NCBI GenBank assembly: GCA_903824675.1 | Contig: CAIJXV010000009.1 | Span: 956-64,955 of the forward strand | From: an uncultured bacterium | GTDB lineage: Bacteria > Verrucomicrobiota > Kiritimatiellia > CAIKKV01 > CAIJXV01 | Length of the DNA: 64,000 nucleotides | Direction of reading: 5' to 3' | Shown: in pieces, positions 60,556 to 64,000 of the stretch | Numbering within the stretch: the first letter of the stretch is position 1 | Layout: the number at the start of each line of letters is the position of its first letter | Position numbers and translations under genes: made by a program | The notes under the pieces: generated by a model | Database searches by the model: none | Told to the model about the DNA's origin: nothing | What the model saw: the letters and a program-made list of their open reading frames with translations, nothing else

Positions 60556-61578
60556 TTACTTGGTGGTTTTGTCTTCGGGACCGCCGGCGATAAATTTCCG
60601 CATATCGGTATCGGATTGGATATTCTGGAGGCGGTAATAATCCATGACTCCGAGGTTTCCGTCGCGGAAGGCCTGGGCGATGGCCTTGGGAACCTCGGCC
60701 TGGGCTTCGACGACCCGGGCCTGCATTTCCTGGACGAGGGCGCGCATTTCCTGCTCGCGGGCGACGGCGGTGGCCCGACGTCCCTCGGCTTCGGCCTGAC
60801 GCATTTTCTTATCGGCTTCGGCGCGTTCGGTTTCAAGGAGAGCGCCGACATTGGCGGCGTTGTTGATGCCGGCGACGCTGATGTCGGCGATATCGATGGA
60901 GACGATTTCGAACGCCGTTTGGGAATCGAGTCCGCTGTTGAGCACCTTGCGCGAGATGTGGTCGGGATTCTCCAGGACATCCTTGTAGGTGGTGGAGGAA
61001 CCGATGGCGCTGACGATGCCCTGACCGACGCGGGCGATGATGGTTTCCTCGCCGGCGCCGCCGACGAGTCGTTCGAGGTTGGTGCGGACCGTGACCCGGG
61101 CCTTGACGAGCAGGCGGATCCCATCCTTGGCGACGGCGTCGAGCATGGCGCCGCTAACGCTCTTACTGGGGTCTGGGCAATCGATGACCTTGGGAATGAC
61201 GCTGGTGCGGACGGCATCGAAGACGTCGCGTCCGGCGAGATCGATGGCAGCGGCTTTTTGGAAGTTCAGACTGATGCCGGCCTTGTCCGCGGCGATCAGG
61301 CCCTGGACCACATTAATGACATTACCTCCGGCGAGATAGTGGGCTTCGAGCATATCGACGGAGAGTTGCAGGCCGGCCTTGATGAGGCGGATCCGGGCGT
61401 CGACGATCAAGCGGGGGGGGACCTGGCGCAGTTTCATGCCGATGAGGGCGAACATGGAAATGGGCGCGCGGGAGACCAGCGCGCGAACATAGAGTCCCAG
61501 GAAGTAGCAGATGACGCCGAAGATGATGATGCCGACGAGACCGACGAGGACCAACAGGATGGGGAAGAGCTTCTCCAT
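60556..61578 (-). CDS. floA: Flotillin-like protein FloA (YqfA)
   Basis: [46 protein letters not shown]. Confidence 0.93.
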   Translation of the reverse strand: MEKLFPILLVLVGLVGIIIFGVICYFLGLYVRALVSRAPISMFALIGMKLRQVPPRLIVDARIRLIKAGLQLSVDMLEAHYLAGGNVINVVQGLIAADKAGISLNFQKAAAIDLAGRDVFDAVRTSVIPKVIDCPDPSKSVSGAMLDAVAKDGIRLLVKARVTVRTNLERLVGGAGEETIIARVGQGIVSAIGSSTTYKDVLENPDHISRKVLNSGLDSQTAFEIVSIDIADISVAGINNAANVGALLETERAEADKKMRQAEAEGRRATAVAREQEMRALVQEMQARVVEAQAEVPKAIAQAFRDGNLGVMDYYRLQNIQSDTDMRKFIAGGPEDKTTK

Positions 61579-61609
61579 ATCAACATTCCTTTCGTTTGTT
61601 CATTTCAAT

Positions 61610-62833
61610 TCAGAGCGCGGGCGTTTCTGGATTCCCGGATTTCGAATCCGGCAACGGGGGCGGGGCCACCAGGACGGGAATCCGGTGATCCAACAGGGTG
61701 ATGGTCATGGATCCCAGCCCAAACACCGCCACTCCCAGCCAGACCAGCCAACCGGCGGGCGGTGGCAGGTTTGACAGGGTCCAGACGATAATCAATCCGG
61801 CGAGCAGAGTCCAGAAGACATTTGTATCCGGACGCAAGGAGCGCAGGATGCGGCGGCCGAGGGCGAGGGCGACGATGAATTTGGCGAGGTAGAGCAGGGC
61901 AACCCAGAGTCCGGCGGTCAACAGGGCGAGGGGGAGACCGATGCCGATCACCAGGAAAACCAAAGCGGCGGCCGGGAAAGCCAGGAGTGCGACCAGGCCG
62001 ACACCGAGGCATTTCCAGGGATAGACTTCAAGGGTTTGCAATGCCCGGGCGTTAAAGGTGGGGAAGAACGTGGCGAAGATAATGCCGGTCAGCAGTGCGC
62101 CGAGGAGAATGGCCAGTTCGAAAAAGAAAAGGGTCCATGTGTATCGGGAGGGTGGGGTGACCGGAACGATTCGGACGAGGCGTCCGGTGACATGGACCTT
62201 GGGGTCAAGGAAGAGTTCGGAGGGGGAGGTATAGAACAGGTCGCCATGGATGATGGTGCCGGGCATGAGGGTTAAATTCTGGGCGGCGACGAGGGTGACC
62301 GAATCGCCGAATGAACCGGCGAGGGTGACGGATTTGCCGTAAATCCGGGTGGATCCATGGATGCGGCCGTTGACCATCACCTCGGAACCGGCGAGCCAGG
62401 CGGATCCATCGAGAGAGGCGGTGGGTCCGATAAAGATCTGGGGTGCCGCAGCCATGAGTCCATTGGCCACGCCCCCGTTGATGGAGATGGCTTCAGACGC
62501 GAGAAATCGGGCGTGATCGAATACCTGCCCATTGAGGCGGATCGAAGATCCGATGGCCCACACATCGTTGGAGCAGATACCCCCCAGGACGATGGCGCCA
62601 TTGGTGTAGCCCCGTCCGGCGGAGGACAGGAGGAAAAGATCGTTTTGGGCCTGCCCCTGGATGTCCTCGGTTTGGGCCAGGATCCACAGTTCGCGCGATT
62701 CGACGGCGTTGGCGGGAAGGACGTAGTGGTTGGTGTTGATCCATTCAGTCATTGCCCGGGAAGGACCGGCGATCAGTCCCAGAAAGGCAACCAGGGCGAG
62801 AGGGGCGAAACGGGTTGGTAGGATACGAAACAT
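61610..62833 (-). CDS. Secreted beta-helix (polymer-forming/bactofilin-like) domain plus multi-pass membrane domain
   Basis: Signal peptide, GxxxxING.V.G-type repeats, then about 5 TM helices. Confidence 0.65.
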   Translation of the reverse strand: MFRILPTRFAPLALVAFLGLIAGPSRAMTEWINTNHYVLPANAVESRELWILAQTEDIQGQAQNDLFLLSSAGRGYTNGAIVLGGICSNDVWAIGSSIRLNGQVFDHARFLASEAISINGGVANGLMAAAPQIFIGPTASLDGSAWLAGSEVMVNGRIHGSTRIYGKSVTLAGSFGDSVTLVAAQNLTLMPGTIIHGDLFYTSPSELFLDPKVHVTGRLVRIVPVTPPSRYTWTLFFFELAILLGALLTGIIFATFFPTFNARALQTLEVYPWKCLGVGLVALLAFPAAALVFLVIGIGLPLALLTAGLWVALLYLAKFIVALALGRRILRSLRPDTNVFWTLLAGLIIVWTLSNLPPPAGWLVWLGVAVFGLGSMTITLLDHRIPVLVAPPPLPDSKSGNPETPAL

Positions 62834-62837
62834 GACA

Positions 62838-63329
62838 TCACTTTCCAATTTGACGAACGATCACTCGGTTGCCTTCGACGCGGAGGACGTGGATCCGGGT
62901 GCCACTGGGAATGAGATTTCCCTCGCTGATCACGTCAATTTTGTTGCCGCCGATGACGGCAAAGCCGGAGGGGCGCAGGTCCGAATGGGCCACGCCTTCC
63001 TGGCCGACCAAATCGGCGGATTGGGATGGGGCCTTGAAATCCTTGCCGTCCGTTTCCAGGGAGATGGAACGACCGATCCGGGTTTTGGGAAAGACCTTGA
63101 GCCAGACCCAGAGGGATGTACCGAGGAGGATCAGGACGGCGACGGCTGCATAAATACCGAACGTCGGATTGTAGGCGAAGGCGACGGACACGGCACCGAA
63201 GAGGGCGATGACGCCGAAGGTACCGACGATGCCGCCGGGAATGAAAATTTCGGCGCCGACCGCCAGCAACCCGGCGAGGAGGAGCGTGATGAATATCTGA
63301 ATCCGGCCATCCTGAAGTAATTCCGACAT
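62838..63329 (-). CDS. nfeD: NfeD-family protein (short)
   Basis: AEIFIPGG; LVGQEGVAHSDLRPSG...DVISEG OB-fold. Confidence 0.88.
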   Translation of the reverse strand: MSELLQDGRIQIFITLLLAGLLAVGAEIFIPGGIVGTFGVIALFGAVSVAFAYNPTFGIYAAVAVLILLGTSLWVWLKVFPKTRIGRSISLETDGKDFKAPSQSADLVGQEGVAHSDLRPSGFAVIGGNKIDVISEGNLIPSGTRIHVLRVEGNRVIVRQIGK

Positions 63330-63339
63330 GAGTTGCCTT

Positions 63340-64000
63340 TTAGGTTTTCGGGTTGAAGGGGGTGACGATGATCCGGTGAGAAGTAGCGGAGGTGATGACC
63401 ACCGTTTGTCCCGACGCAATGAAATCGCCTTCGCTGGCGGCCGCCACCCGGTTGTCGTCCAGAAGGATGAACCCGGAGGGGTTCAGATGGGTCAGGGTTT
63501 GCGCCTGGCGGCCGATTAAATCGAAAGGACGCGCGGAGAGGGTGGGGGCGGCAGAGTCGGTTAATTCGGTATCGAGGACGAGTTGATGGAAGAGGCGGGT
63601 TTTGGGGAGAAACCGGCCGAGAGCGAGAAGTCCGGCGAGGGAGGCGATCAATGCGAGAGCGACCTGTTGGAAGGATTTGCTCACGTCGGCGAATTCGGGG
63701 ATGAGGGGGGAACCGGGAAAGTGGGGGGTCAGGCCCATGACCAGGGAGATGAGGATGAGCAGGATGCCGAGGAATCCGACCATGCCGAACCCGGGCAGGA
63801 TGAAAATTTCGACGGCGAGGAGGGCGACCCCGAGGATAAAGAGGATGACATCTTCCATGCCCGCAAGACCGGCGACGTGATGGCCCCAGAACCAGATGGC
63901 GAGCAGGAGAATGCCGAGGATGCCGGGCAGGCCAAAGCCCGGGGTTTTGAATTCGATATAGAGGCCGAGCAATCCGCCGGCGAGCAAAAGGATGGAGAGG
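63340..64000 (-). CDS. nfeD: NfeD-family protein (long form, 5' end outside the window)
   Basis: YIEFKTPGFGLPG, EIFILPGFG, C-terminal OB-fold. Confidence 0.85.
   Translation of the reverse strand, partial: LSILLLAGGLLGLYIEFKTPGFGLPGILGILLLAIWFWGHHVAGLAGMEDVILFILGVALLAVEIFILPGFGMVGFLGILLILISLVMGLTPHFPGSPLIPEFADVSKSFQQVALALIASLAGLLALGRFLPKTRLFHQLVLDTELTDSAAPTLSARPFDLIGRQAQTLTHLNPSGFILLDDNRVAAASEGDFIASGQTVVITSATSHRIIVTPFNPKT

Noticed and set aside
60325..61701. 458-aa plus-strand ORF (also 53968-55179, 41161-42672, 49414-50592, 33303-34439, 45392-46369)
   Set aside because: Antisense shadows of well-supported GC3-rich genes; no recognisable motifs.

Overview
Bacterial chromosomal DNA, moderately GC-rich. 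The gene mix (RNase HIII, Bat/MoxR, URO-D and amidohydrolase paralogues, many palindromic REP-type repeats) suggests a PVC-superphylum organism such as Kiritimatiellota or Lentisphaerota; this is inference only. The window has four blocks. (1) About 1.6-20.4 kb is an accessory region punctuated by a GTAG-type hairpin repeat (CCCARATGTAGCCCCGCTCTATGAGCGGA). The repeat delimits a Sel1 gene, a DUF6364-like/PIN toxin-antitoxin pair, a cluster of secreted CsgG-domain/TPR proteins, an AbiEi/AbiEii pair, and deleted remnants of the same cargo genes. It looks like a gene-cassette array, with no integrase or transposase in the window. (2) About 20.5-36.6 kb is a carbohydrate-utilisation region: beta-propeller, sialate O-acetylesterase, GH-A hydrolase, MFS, GH127, MBL lactonase, amidohydrolase, Hyi-like, DegT aminotransferase, AraC and URO-D. 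(3) About 36.7-52.4 kb is one long minus-strand run, Hsp20-GldA/F/G-DUF4340-MoxR-DUF58-Bat-four-helix bundle, headed by a consensus sigma-54 promoter. (4) About 52.9-64 kb holds SWIM-SNF2, prmA, rnhC, Gfo/Idh/MocA, a PL8-like fragment and an nfeD-nfeD-(bactofilin-like)-floA cluster. I found no rRNA, tRNA or CRISPR array. All family calls come from reading motifs by eye, without database searches.
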